Shown: positions 35,226-44,498 of the stretch, one piece after another
Numbering within the stretch: position 1 is the stretch's first letter
How the letters are laid out: each line of letters starts with the position of its first letter
Virus record (IMG/VR): IMGVR_UViG_3300011116_000620
Coordinates: 1 to 54,445 of that record
Direction: 5' to 3' (one strand)
DNA length: 54,445 bases
Source of the DNA: a virus
Lineage: Duplodnaviria; Caudoviricetes
Made by a program: the position numbers and the translations under genes
The notes under the pieces: generated by a model
What the model was told of the DNA's origin: nothing
Databases searched by the model: none
The model's input: only the letters and a program-made list of their open reading frames with translations

Positions 35226-37391
35226 TTATCTTCCGCCAAATACAGCCACATTTCCGTATTGATCCGTGGCTGTAACATATCCAGAAGGATTTTTTACTAA
35301 CTGACGAAGAAGATTTGTCTGTTGCTTTGATTCAAAAAGCTGATCTTGACTTGCCTTTAATAGCGGATCCCCACCGCCAAATGCAACTCCACCGCCTCCA
35401 ATTCTTTGAAGAGATGATACGGCAACATCCTTCATGGCTCTACCTATACCCTTGCCCTTAGCTCCAAGCTCCATTTCTCCAGTTGTATCTGCTATGGCTT
35501 TTTCCGCTGGCTTACCTGCTACTGCGGTTGCCTCAAGAACTCCTCTTAAATTTGCAAATGTATCTAAAACATTTTGCGCTGGTTTGTCTAGAACAACATT
35601 TGCAAAAATTAATGACTCTACTGCTTTTTTACCTGCGTCAAATGCCTTTTTTGCTCCTGCCCCAATTTGATCTATTCCCTCGTTTGCACTTCTTGAATTT
35701 ACTTGAAATTCTCCAATCCCAAAATTAACTCCGCTTTCAAGTCTATCCTTTAAGAGTTTTTGAAATTGATCTTTGTCGGGCAAGCTTTTGTCGCTTAAAA
35801 GAATTTTAGTTGCGGATAACGCTCCACCCAAAGCTCCACCCCTAGAAAACCCTTCTCCTATTTTTGCAAAATTTGAAAATAATGAATTAAAAGCATTTTG
35901 AGCGTATAATACTGCAAACTCTATTCCTGTCTGAAAATATGCTATTGGAGCTTCAAAAGCCCTTAAAAGCATGGAGCCGACTATTTTTGCAAATCCAGTA
36001 AAAATATCAATCAATCCAGATGATATTCCCTCAAGTGCGTCTGTTGATAAAACTGCATTTAAATATTGTCCAATAAACTTTGAAACTCTTTGAAATAAAT
36101 CTTTAAAATATGTTATAGATGCTTCAAATGATAATTTTAATACACTAAATAAGGTTCCAGTTTTAAATGCTCCTATTAAAGCATCTGCACCAAGCTTTAT
36201 TTGTGCACCAATTTTTGCCCCAAATCCAGAAAGCATATCTCCACCTTGAAGCATTTTGAATAATTCAAGTATTTCTGGTGCAACTGCACCAGCCATCTCA
36301 ATGAAAAATCCACGAAATGCCGATCCAGAATCACGAAGCTGAGTTGATATTCTGGAAAAATTTTCTGCATTCTTTTGAAGGGTTTGTCCAGTAGAACTAA
36401 TGCCTCTAGCTAATTTGGCAAATGCCTCATCTTTGAATACGGCAAGCATGGATGCGCCAGCTTTCCCAAAAAGCTCGGTTGCGGCTCTTGTCTGCTCTGC
36501 TGGACTTTTAAGGTCTAAAATAGCATTCCCAAGCGTTACAATGGCTTTTTCTGGTGCTGTGTCGCGTAGTTCGTCAATATTAAGCTTTAGTCTTCTAAAT
36601 ATATCAGATGTTGGTTGACCAAGCTCATTTACACCAGTCAATGCTCTTTGCATGTGACCGATTGCTGTGCCAGCATAAGAGCTGCTTACTCCATTATTTT
36701 GAAGTACTTTTCCAAGATCATATAAAAATCCAACAGATGCCCCAGTTCGCTTGCTAAGAGTATTGTATTCGTCTCCTAATTCTATTGCGCTAGTAATTCC
36801 AATCTTAAAAAAACGATCTAATGCTCCAAGAGCAAGACTAATTCCACCAATGGATACACCAGCAAGTTTGGCAACTGGTATTAGTGCGCTAAACGCCCCA
36901 GATAAAACATTACCAGCTCCAGACAATCCAGTCTTACTAAGACTTACAAGCCTTGATGTAATAGAGCCTATTGTATTTATTGCACCTTTTCCTATAGATG
37001 AAACTAAAGATAGGGATTTATATATTGCAAAGATTCCAACCCCAGCGGAAATTCCAGCAACTCCAATAGCCTTAAATGAGGCTGGAAGTTTTGATATTAT
37101 TCCACCTACCTGAGATGCGACAATTTTTATATTATTAAATGCACCAGCAACTCTTCCAGCAATACTTGGCAGTGCGTTAAATATAGCCTGCAAATCTCTT
37201 CCTCCTTCAGCAATATCGCTGATTTTTTTCGACACCCCAGCAATAGCATCAAAAGCCCTCCAAGACATTTTGGCCGCATTCCCAACTGATCCCAATAAAG
37301 ATGAAAATGCTTGAAGCTTTCCTTTGGCCTCATCCAATGGCCCGACAAATTTAGATACATCAACCGAAATAGATCCTTGTGCTGTTTTCAT
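35226..37391 (-). CDS. Tape measure protein
   Basis: A/G/S-rich helical, LFGKAG motif, SSLQRIGGGG C-terminus. Confidence 0.85.
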   Translation of the reverse strand: MKTAQGSISVDVSKFVGPLDEAKGKLQAFSSLLGSVGNAAKMSWRAFDAIAGVSKKISDIAEGGRDLQAIFNALPSIAGRVAGAFNNIKIVASQVGGIISKLPASFKAIGVAGISAGVGIFAIYKSLSLVSSIGKGAINTIGSITSRLVSLSKTGLSGAGNVLSGAFSALIPVAKLAGVSIGGISLALGALDRFFKIGITSAIELGDEYNTLSKRTGASVGFLYDLGKVLQNNGVSSSYAGTAIGHMQRALTGVNELGQPTSDIFRRLKLNIDELRDTAPEKAIVTLGNAILDLKSPAEQTRAATELFGKAGASMLAVFKDEAFAKLARGISSTGQTLQKNAENFSRISTQLRDSGSAFRGFFIEMAGAVAPEILELFKMLQGGDMLSGFGAKIGAQIKLGADALIGAFKTGTLFSVLKLSFEASITYFKDLFQRVSKFIGQYLNAVLSTDALEGISSGLIDIFTGFAKIVGSMLLRAFEAPIAYFQTGIEFAVLYAQNAFNSLFSNFAKIGEGFSRGGALGGALSATKILLSDKSLPDKDQFQKLLKDRLESGVNFGIGEFQVNSRSANEGIDQIGAGAKKAFDAGKKAVESLIFANVVLDKPAQNVLDTFANLRGVLEATAVAGKPAEKAIADTTGEMELGAKGKGIGRAMKDVAVSSLQRIGGGGVAFGGGDPLLKASQDQLFESKQQTNLLRQLVKNPSGYVTATDQYGNVAVFGGR

Positions 37392-37760
37392 TTAAAACCT
37401 AGAAAATGCCTCCTCCAAGGCTTTATCAAGCTCTTCTTGCTTCTTCTGCCCCAATACCCTTGCCATATCGCTAGAAGCCTGTTTGCGCTTGTTTTTAACG
37501 AAATTACGGCCAGCCCATACAACATTTGGTGTGTGCCATTCATTAGTAATATACCATTTTTTCTTGTTAAAGCTGAACCATTCCTTGCCGTTTCTACCCT
37601 TGCTAAGAACGGCCTCGGTTCCAACGGCTTTTCGCCATGCCTTTTTGCCTTCAGAATCAAGCCTATTTGAAGACCCAGAAAGGCTTTTTTGCACATCGCT
37701 CTTTAGTGCATCAAGTCCGTATAGCAATTCTTTGTCATTCCATGTAATCGTTACACTCAT
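37392..37760 (-). CDS. Hypothetical tail-associated protein
   Basis: ATGA overlap; abuts the tape measure start. Confidence 0.55.
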   Translation of the reverse strand: MSVTITWNDKELLYGLDALKSDVQKSLSGSSNRLDSEGKKAWRKAVGTEAVLSKGRNGKEWFSFNKKKWYITNEWHTPNVVWAGRNFVKNKRKQASSDMARVLGQKKQEELDKALEEAFSRF

Positions 37761-37966
37761 AATCCTATCTGTCTCATTATGTCAGCTTTCCGCTTGGACT
37801 GATCCGAACTCCACTCCGTTGAAATGCCGTTCATTCTCCAAACGCAGTGCTGATACTGAAACCCTCTCGATAGGGGTAACTCGTTCAAGATAAAGTCCTC
37901 CGTCCATCCTGTTTGAGATGCCAGAGTGATCACATATGAAGCGATCCACTCTGGCTCGGCTAGTTT
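37757..37966 (-). CDS. Tail assembly chaperone, frameshifted extension (gpT-like)
   Basis: -1 frame reads KLAEPEWIASYVITLASQTGWTEDFILNELPL...; ends overlapping the next ATG. Confidence 0.7.
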   Translation of the reverse strand, partial: KLAEPEWIASYVITLASQTGWTEDFILNELPLSRGFQYQHCVWRMNGISTEWSSDQSKRKADIMRQIGL

Positions 37967-38376
37967 GGGGAGTCGTTGCTCGAAGATTTGCCGTCATCTT
38001 TGGGGGATGCAATAGCCAGACCAGACTCCGTGATAATGTTCTCGATCATCTTTCCAGCTTCCTCAAGATCGGTGATTTTAAGTTTGTCTGCCCACTCAAG
38101 AACAGCGTTCCAAAACTTTTCCTTGCTGTAAGAGTTGGAGCGAACCTCAATGTTTGGAGCCGCATGAATATAAATAAAAGACAGAATATCAAATTCTGGA
38201 TTATCGCTTTCTCCACCAGTAATCAATTTATTCCCAACCTTTTTGCAGATAAGCAAAGATCCAGCCGTGAATGGGCGAAGCTTAATCCCCTTTAGGCTGT
38301 TTTCCTTTTGAATAAAAGCATCAGATCTTTTTTGTCCTTGATTTATAATTTCCTCTTCTGTCATTAGATCATTCAT
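37960..38376 (-). CDS. Tail assembly chaperone (gpG-like)
   Basis: LRPFT; position upstream of tape measure; slippery 3' end. Confidence 0.75.
   Translation of the reverse strand: MNDLMTEEEIINQGQKRSDAFIQKENSLKGIKLRPFTAGSLLICKKVGNKLITGGESDNPEFDILSFIYIHAAPNIEVRSNSYSKEKFWNAVLEWADKLKITDLEEAGKMIENIITESGLAIASPKDDGKSSSNDSPN
37963..37969 (-). other. Programmed -1 frameshift slippery site C-CCA-AAC
   Basis: X XXY YYZ heptamer immediately before the TAG of the chaperone gene. Confidence 0.75.
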
Positions 38377-38750
38377 AGTTTGCTCATTATCCTTTTCTTT
38401 TGTTCCGCTGTTGCATTTTTTGGGTAAAGCAAAATCTTTGATCCGTAACGGACTCTCACCATTGGAACAGATTGCTTGATGACATCCAATAGCCTGTCAC
38501 GATTATGGGCATACGCCCATAGATAAGCCAGCGGTTCTTCTTTCTCCATCTTTTCCAGACCGCCCTTCCACTTTTGAGCGTCTTTGCTAACATCACCGTT
38601 TGGATTATCAAAGATAAAATTAACCTCTGTTTTCCCATCTTCCTCAATACAGCAAGACTCATCATCCTTGAGCTTGTGGCCCATCGTAAGCAAGGCACAG
38701 GCCAGCTTGATATTATTTGTGATATAAAGGAAATCGCCAGTTTGAATCAT
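38373..38750 (-). CDS. Hypothetical protein
   Basis: TNNIKLACALLTMG; ATGA-coupled. Confidence 0.6.
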   Translation of the reverse strand: MIQTGDFLYITNNIKLACALLTMGHKLKDDESCCIEEDGKTEVNFIFDNPNGDVSKDAQKWKGGLEKMEKEEPLAYLWAYAHNRDRLLDVIKQSVPMVRVRYGSKILLYPKNATAEQKKRIMSKL

Positions 38751-38782
38751 GGGAATCTGTGGGGGGAATCTGATTGGCTAGA

Positions 38783-39139
38783 TCAACTTAAACTATCTCT
38801 TTGAACCACCTTATATTTGATTTTTGCAAAATCTTCCGATGACTTTGTAAGGGTTACTTCCTCAACAACATATGCTCCAGACAAGCCGCCAAAACCAGTT
38901 AAATTTGTGGGGGAAAAAGTCCCGCCAATAGTTGTTGAAACTGCACCGCTAATATAGCCCTCAAGATTATATTCAGTTTTTTTGCCTGTAAAAGCGACAC
39001 AGGCAGTTCCTCCGCTGATGTTTTTTGCCTCAACCTTATTCGAGGAGGCATTGGCAGAAAGATTTGTGGCGATCATGGATGAAACTCCAGATCCAATTCC
39101 AAAGCTTACTCCGCTTCCTTTTACTGTTGGGGCTGGCAT
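38783..39139 (-). CDS. Tail tube protein, paralogue B
   Basis: Small beta-rich protein; FG..; TKSSEDFAKI. Confidence 0.6.
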   Translation of the reverse strand: MPAPTVKGSGVSFGIGSGVSSMIATNLSANASSNKVEAKNISGGTACVAFTGKKTEYNLEGYISGAVSTTIGGTFSPTNLTGFGGLSGAYVVEEVTLTKSSEDFAKIKYKVVQRDSLS

Positions 39140-39142
39140 AAA

Positions 39143-39496
39143 TTAGCTCGCTTGTCCAAGGTTTAGATATCCAACGGCAGAGATTTGAACCTCGGCAAAT
39201 CCATCGTTTGTTAGTGTTTTTGTTGCGCTTTCAATATAAAGATCATCAACATCAAGCACACCATTTGCAACATATCCAAACCCAGCACCAACACCTGCTG
39301 TTACCGAGGAAGAGACAAGAGTGATCGATGCAGAGCTATTTGGATTTGCAAATGCAACAGCCTTGAAAGTTCCGCTTCCATCGGCAAGCTCAACAGGATC
39401 ACACTTCAATGATTCTTCGTAGCTTTTAACTACAACAGAAGATTCTTGGGTAGTTCCAAAGGTAAGATTACTCAAGCCGATAGTCGTAAGTGCCAT
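39143..39496 (-). CDS. Tail tube protein, paralogue A
   Basis: LTFG..; TLTNDGFAEV; same length and pattern as its neighbour. Confidence 0.6.
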   Translation of the reverse strand: MALTTIGLSNLTFGTTQESSVVVKSYEESLKCDPVELADGSGTFKAVAFANPNSSASITLVSSSVTAGVGAGFGYVANGVLDVDDLYIESATKTLTNDGFAEVQISAVGYLNLGQAS

Positions 39497-39512
39497 TGAA
39501 TTACTATTTGTG

Positions 39513-39749
39513 TCAACCTTTGCGGAACAAGGTTTCTTTGATTATTTCCCAAGTCATAGTCATAATCCCTCCAATTACAGCTATCATGCCCAAAGCCTTA
39601 TGTTTCAACGCCTCTAAAGAGGTTACTCTGGTGGATAAACTTTCAAAATTTGAGAGGGAATGTTCAACCATTGTGTATAGTTGAACTTGCCGTTCCTCCA
39701 TTCTTGCTAAACGCTCCTTAATTTCAGATATGGCTTTTGTTCCACTCAT
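39513..39749 (-). CDS. Coiled-coil plus C-terminal TM protein (XhlA/holin-like)
   Basis: IKERLARMEERQ..RVTSLE..ALGMIAVIGG. Confidence 0.55.
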   Translation of the reverse strand: MSGTKAISEIKERLARMEERQVQLYTMVEHSLSNFESLSTRVTSLEALKHKALGMIAVIGGIMTMTWEIIKETLFRKG

Positions 39750-39886
39750 ATTTTGGCATTCTCGGCTCCATCTGCAATTCTTACGCATTCTTGCCCATTT
39801 TCGTCAAAAAAACGCTCTATATAGCCTTCTGCCTCAAGGTATTTAAGACTTGCAATAAAATCTCCGTATGTGTAAGACTCTCTCAT
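39746..39886 (-). CDS. Hypothetical protein (46 aa)
   Basis: MRESYTYGDFIASLKYLEAEGYIERFFDENG; ATGA overlap. Confidence 0.5.
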   Translation of the reverse strand: MRESYTYGDFIASLKYLEAEGYIERFFDENGQECVRIADGAENAKI

Positions 39887-39965
39887 TTTAATAAATTGCA
39901 TATTTTGTATTCATTTCGCCAATATATGCGCACATTTCTGCTTGGGTAAATTCCTTCCAAGCCAT

Positions 39966-40238
39966 CTATTGAGGCCATAACGGAACTTCTGGAGCCACAA
40001 ACTGCACCGCATCGGCCTCGTCATTGGTAGTTGCGGCTAGGATCAATCCCTTGCACCGCAGATACTCATTGCGACAGGCGGCAATGTAGTTCTTGATGGC
40101 TTCGCAACGCTCTGGTGAGTAAATGCCAAGGGCGGCGTTTTGCTGGGTAAGCTGATTAATTCCTTGGCAAAGAATTGCGTTAGAAGCGGATTCCCTTAAG
40201 AAATCAATGCAACGCTCAATATAATTTTGATCTCTCAT
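39966..40238 (-). CDS. Tail fibre assembly/chaperone-like protein
   Basis: Follows the fibre gene; ILAATTNDEADAV..WP. Confidence 0.5.
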   Translation of the reverse strand: MRDQNYIERCIDFLRESASNAILCQGINQLTQQNAALGIYSPERCEAIKNYIAACRNEYLRCKGLILAATTNDEADAVQFVAPEVPLWPQ

Positions 40239-41071
40239 AGCACCCCAATCGCCGATGACCATTCCTTCTGAAATAACATCCATCCAGTTCTCATTCTTAT
40301 ATTAGCCGCAACATTAGATGATGCCGCCCTTTTGGCAGAGTACGGGACAAAAATTCCGCCTTGATCTGTGGTTAGAGTGCCTGAGTGCGTATTAACCAAA
40401 ACATTATCAATATAAAATTTTGATGTTTTGGATGTGTCGGTAACAATTTTGAATGTGTGGGTCGATGTGTCGGCGGCTATTCCTGAGTCATTGTCTGATT
40501 CAGTTGTTGATGCGTGTACACACCTCCAATTTGCACTGGCATTGGTCAGCTTGAAATATGCTCCGTGGGTCGGAAGTGTTGCCGAGTTTGAGTTTTGAAA
40601 CCCGACATATATCTTAACATCATTATCAGCAGATGGAAGCGCATCCAGCTTGAGAAACATGGCAAATGTATTGGTGGATGGGCCAGCAACCCATATTCCG
40701 TTAGATGAATACCATTGAATTGAAATGTATCCACTTGCGCCAGTCCCACAGTCAAAGAATTGATGGCTCTGAAGGACTGAACTTAATGATGTGCTTATTG
40801 AAGTTCCAGATTGCGCCCCTGTACCGGATGCAATATTAGATAAATCAAAGGCTGTGTTTTGATCGCCTCCAACACGATTATGGTGAAAATAAAACATCCT
40901 TGCATATCTTTTAAGAGATGAATCGTAGTTAAAATCAAAGGTTCCATCTCCTCTTAATTGTTTATCCTGATCCCCCGCCGCTGGAGCAGGGACATACCCA
41001 GCCGTACCTGCAACGCTGGCCGTGGCTCCGACCATTGTTGCTGTTGCGCCGCCGCCGAAAAAGCCTCCCAT
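40235..41071 (-). CDS. Tail fibre/receptor-binding protein
   Basis: GAT...GTAG.VPAPAAG...LRGDG; C-terminal lectin-like beta domain (KFYID). Confidence 0.65.
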   Translation of the reverse strand: MGGFFGGGATATMVGATASVAGTAGYVPAPAAGDQDKQLRGDGTFDFNYDSSLKRYARMFYFHHNRVGGDQNTAFDLSNIASGTGAQSGTSISTSLSSVLQSHQFFDCGTGASGYISIQWYSSNGIWVAGPSTNTFAMFLKLDALPSADNDVKIYVGFQNSNSATLPTHGAYFKLTNASANWRCVHASTTESDNDSGIAADTSTHTFKIVTDTSKTSKFYIDNVLVNTHSGTLTTDQGGIFVPYSAKRAASSNVAANIRMRTGWMLFQKEWSSAIGVL

Positions 41072-41074
41072 GTT

Positions 41075-42487
41075 TTACCCTTCCAAAATGGTGAAATTTG
41101 CGCCAGTAGTTGCGCCAAGCCACCAGACGGCACCAGTCGGGCAGAACGAATCAAAACTGATTCCACCGCCTGCGGAAAGTTGAATGCCTTGCGTTGTCGT
41201 TGGCGAGAAGCCGATTCCTATGGTGACGGTTCCCGCCGAGATGTTTTGGGCGAGCAGATATTTGCGGGAACTATTCGTCACGCATGAGGTTAATTGGCTC
41301 GTATTGGCCGTAGTGACTGAGCCAAAGCGGGTGGTGAGTGCGCCGTTTGGCAAGGCCGAGACGGTGACGGTGGTGCTGGCGATACTAACTGATCCAGTTA
41401 CAACCGTGCGCCCAGATGTATCTACGCTAATCGCTCTAAGATTTGTCCCATCCGACCCACCGTAAAGATTGGCATAGCTGGGAGCTGTCCCGCCGACCGT
41501 AGTGGCTGAGGAAAGCGTTACATTAAGTCTAGCTGTTCCTCCGATGGTGGTAGTGGATAGTTGAACAGGGAGAGAGCCGATGGTGACGGAGTTGCCGACC
41601 GTTATCGTGCCTGATATGGGGAGGGGATTTTGGAAAAGCGCAGAACCGCCATCTGGCGAGAATACTTGAACAGGCAATGATTGGCCTGTGTTATTTACAA
41701 CTATTTGTTCTCCAATTTCATCTCTATATGCAACTACAAGATTTGTGCTTGTCGGAACACTTGCCGTCACCGTGCCGGAGATGGGGAGAGGGCTGGCTTC
41801 TCCAACAATAGCAGTTCCTTCTACAAGTCGTCCAAAGGCAATAGACATTCCGCTTTCAGGATTGCTGTCCCCTACCGCAGATATCGGAGGAGTATAATTT
41901 CCCCACGGATTCGCCGTCACCGTGCCTGTTATTGGAGGAAGCACAGAAACTTCATTCACATTCGCATTGATAGTCGTTTCTATGCTTTGAACCACGATTG
42001 CGCCGTCATTCAAAACTTCGGTTAAATTTGTGTATCCGCCCCCAATAAAGTCTGGTGTATTTCCTATGTTTGCAGTCACCGTGCCGCTTACCGACTGCAC
42101 TCCATTGTTATCAACCGCAATCGGATAAAGCTTGTTGTCTGCTAGATTATACCCACCAATTTGAACAGCCTCGGCTGGTGCATTTCCCCCAAGTACAACT
42201 TGAGCTTCTGCTAGATAAACACCCCCACCAATCGTTACAGCAGAAGCCCGAAGCTGTGCATTTGTAAGTCCGCCAGTAATTGTGACTTGACCCATCGTTA
42301 CCGTGATATTTTCTAGGGCATTTAATGTGTTTGGCCCCAGCTCAACGCCAGAAACAGCCGTTGCTATATCTGTAATAGCTTGTGTGCCAAGCGATGTAAC
42401 CGTGTGGGCTGGCACATGAGCGTTGCTTATGATAATAGTTGAGAGCGTTGTCGGAGACTGATTGCCGTCTAAAATAGGAAGTGCCAT
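41075..42487 (-). CDS. Virion fibre/appendage protein with LPISGTVT repeats
   Basis: Repeated (L)P(I/V)SGT(V/I)T motifs; C-terminal RKYLLAQN domain. Confidence 0.6.
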   Translation of the reverse strand: MALPILDGNQSPTTLSTIIISNAHVPAHTVTSLGTQAITDIATAVSGVELGPNTLNALENITVTMGQVTITGGLTNAQLRASAVTIGGGVYLAEAQVVLGGNAPAEAVQIGGYNLADNKLYPIAVDNNGVQSVSGTVTANIGNTPDFIGGGYTNLTEVLNDGAIVVQSIETTINANVNEVSVLPPITGTVTANPWGNYTPPISAVGDSNPESGMSIAFGRLVEGTAIVGEASPLPISGTVTASVPTSTNLVVAYRDEIGEQIVVNNTGQSLPVQVFSPDGGSALFQNPLPISGTITVGNSVTIGSLPVQLSTTTIGGTARLNVTLSSATTVGGTAPSYANLYGGSDGTNLRAISVDTSGRTVVTGSVSIASTTVTVSALPNGALTTRFGSVTTANTSQLTSCVTNSSRKYLLAQNISAGTVTIGIGFSPTTTQGIQLSAGGGISFDSFCPTGAVWWLGATTGANFTILEG

Positions 42488-42503
42488 ATAGCTATCCTGT
42501 GTG

Positions 42504-42998
42504 TCAAATTAAGGCAAGATATTGAGAGTTCAAGTAGTCGCTGAAATCCAAGCTTCTTAGGCCAATATTTGTGGATGGTGTGCAGATTGCGCTAATTACA
42601 AGTCCTCTTTTCCAAGCCCTCTTTGCTACCTGTATAGTAGGAGTTTGAGAGGAAATCCTTGCCATGTAGGTTTTTAGATTTACAGAGTGAAATTCAATTT
42701 GATCTACAAGAGTTGTTGAATTGTCATAAAGGTGCGAAAATATATTTAGATATTCTGAGTCAAAATCTTCTTTGGTTGTTAAAACCGAGCTATCCGAATA
42801 ATCAACCGTTACCTCCATTTCAAAAACACCGCTATACGGAGTTACAAGCTGACGAACTGGCCTTGCCGATATGGCTACATAAGGGAATAGCTTTGCTCCA
42901 GTTCTGTTTGATCCATACACATTTGCAGTTGTTGAGTCGTTGATAAGCGAGGAAACAGCATGCTCCAACTGATATTCTGGAGATTGAAAAATGCTCAT
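42504..42998 (-). CDS. Tail terminator/completion protein, paralogue B
   Basis: P(Y/F)V.I.A..PYSGVFE shared with 42995-43420. Confidence 0.55.
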   Translation of the reverse strand: MSIFQSPEYQLEHAVSSLINDSTTANVYGSNRTGAKLFPYVAISARPVRQLVTPYSGVFEMEVTVDYSDSSVLTTKEDFDSEYLNIFSHLYDNSTTLVDQIEFHSVNLKTYMARISSQTPTIQVAKRAWKRGLVISAICTPSTNIGLRSLDFSDYLNSQYLALI

Positions 42999-43420
42999 TT
43001 GACTGTTACCTTTACATCCATAAATATATCCTTTGCCCAAGTTCTTGAAGTGGAAATTATTCTTTGACCAACTTTTGTTATGTCGGCAACAAAAAATTCC
43101 AGATCGGCAGAGGCCGTTGTCATTTGAGATGCTAAGTTTGGATCTGTATAAAAAGCCTGTAAAATGCTGGCAAATTTATTGTCGTAAGATTGATCGTTTG
43201 CCGTATCTGCCCTAGCAACATAGGTAATTGTTGCATTCAGATCAAATACGCCTGTAAATGGGGCTATCTCCTCTGATTTAATTGAGGCTACAATCGAGAC
43301 AAAAGGAAGAAGCCGTCCAGATATACGCTCCGAAGTATAAATATTAACGCCTGTAACGCCAGCCGTGGTCAAGGCATCGGCAATAGCGTTCTCAACATCT
43401 CTTTCAATGCTTGCCGTCAT
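42995..43420 (-). CDS. Tail terminator/completion protein, paralogue A
   Basis: LPFVSIVA..APFTGVFD; neck-gene position. Confidence 0.55.
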   Translation of the reverse strand: MTASIERDVENAIADALTTAGVTGVNIYTSERISGRLLPFVSIVASIKSEEIAPFTGVFDLNATITYVARADTANDQSYDNKFASILQAFYTDPNLASQMTTASADLEFFVADITKVGQRIISTSRTWAKDIFMDVKVTVK

Positions 43421-43740
43421 CCTGTGGTGATGTCTGCAACATCAATGTTGTAGCTTACGCCATCGGCTGAAATCGTCCATCTTGCAACCATTCTTTCGGT
43501 ATCTCCAACCGTGCAAAGAGATCCGATTGTTGGAGGAGCCGAAATAGCATTTGCCTGTACTATAAGAGTTTGTGTAATCGTATAGACTTCGCCACCTACT
43601 TCAAGTTCAGATGCAAAGGAAAGGTCTGTAACTGAGGCAGATACGGCATTTGTGGCAAGCCCTGTTACTGAAGTGTAGAGGTCAGAAATCATCTCCGAGA
43701 GATCGGAATTAAAGACAGATGTATCCAGACGGCCAGCCAT
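43417..43740 (-). CDS. Head-tail joining protein (FII-like)
   Basis: Size and position; PTIGSLCTV..DGVSY. Confidence 0.55.
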   Translation of the reverse strand: MAGRLDTSVFNSDLSEMISDLYTSVTGLATNAVSASVTDLSFASELEVGGEVYTITQTLIVQANAISAPPTIGSLCTVGDTERMVARWTISADGVSYNIDVADITTG

Positions 43741-43835
43741 ATTACACATATAGCTATGTCAATTTTAACCCTACAACCCCCCTATGAGGCTATAAAGACG
43801 ATTTCTAGGGCTGTTTTTGAGCGATTTTAGGCCAT

Positions 43836-44498
43836 TTAAAGCCTTATTATGTTTGCCCCTAGCGTATAGTCATCTTGATAATTGCCTGTTGGAATAAGAT
43901 CGTAAGACTCACGAACAGCCGAGGCGATTGCCGAGGGAGATGAATTTATGCCCAAAAAATTCCTAGCTCTTTGAATCAAAAACGGCATATAGGCAACAGA
44001 ACTGCAACTTATGGTTTTCAGTCCGTTGATATCAAGCTCTGGAGGACATAGAACAACCAGACAATCCTTCCCATACATTTCAACCGCCTTTTTTATCACC
44101 GCCATCGGGTCATGTCGAACAATCTGACTTATCCCAAAAGGCGCAACCAGATCGTACAATCCCATGTCTGGAGCCAGCCAAATATTATCAAGAACGATTT
44201 GTTGATCTACCGCATCTTGAAATTCCTTGCCAAAAACAAATTCTTCCCATCGTTTCCCGCTTGCCCTGTACTCTTCATACAGCAGAGGCCAAACCTCCCG
44301 ATTGAAAACAAAATCAAATGCCTCGTATGGATCTTCAATCTTTTTATGCTTAACATAGGTTGTGCATTTCAAAATATCCGCATATTCTTCCTTGCACTCA
44401 AACCAAACATCGTCTCCCCTGTCTGCCAAAAGCTTTGCGACTGGCAACATTCTTACCACATCTCCAAGCCTTTGATGATATTGAATTAAAACCTTCAC
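43836..44498 (-). CDS. Glycosyltransferase, GT9/heptosyltransferase-like
   Basis: RLGDVVRMLP; FLGINSSPSAIASA. Confidence 0.7.
   Translation of the reverse strand: MKVLIQYHQRLGDVVRMLPVAKLLADRGDDVWFECKEEYADILKCTTYVKHKKIEDPYEAFDFVFNREVWPLLYEEYRASGKRWEEFVFGKEFQDAVDQQIVLDNIWLAPDMGLYDLVAPFGISQIVRHDPMAVIKKAVEMYGKDCLVVLCPPELDINGLKTISCSSVAYMPFLIQRARNFLGINSSPSAIASAVRESYDLIPTGNYQDDYTLGANIIRL

Noticed and set aside
37782-38012. 76-aa ORF as the chaperone extension
   Set aside because: Wrong frame; the -1 frame from the slippery site gives the chaperone-like sequence and the coupled stop
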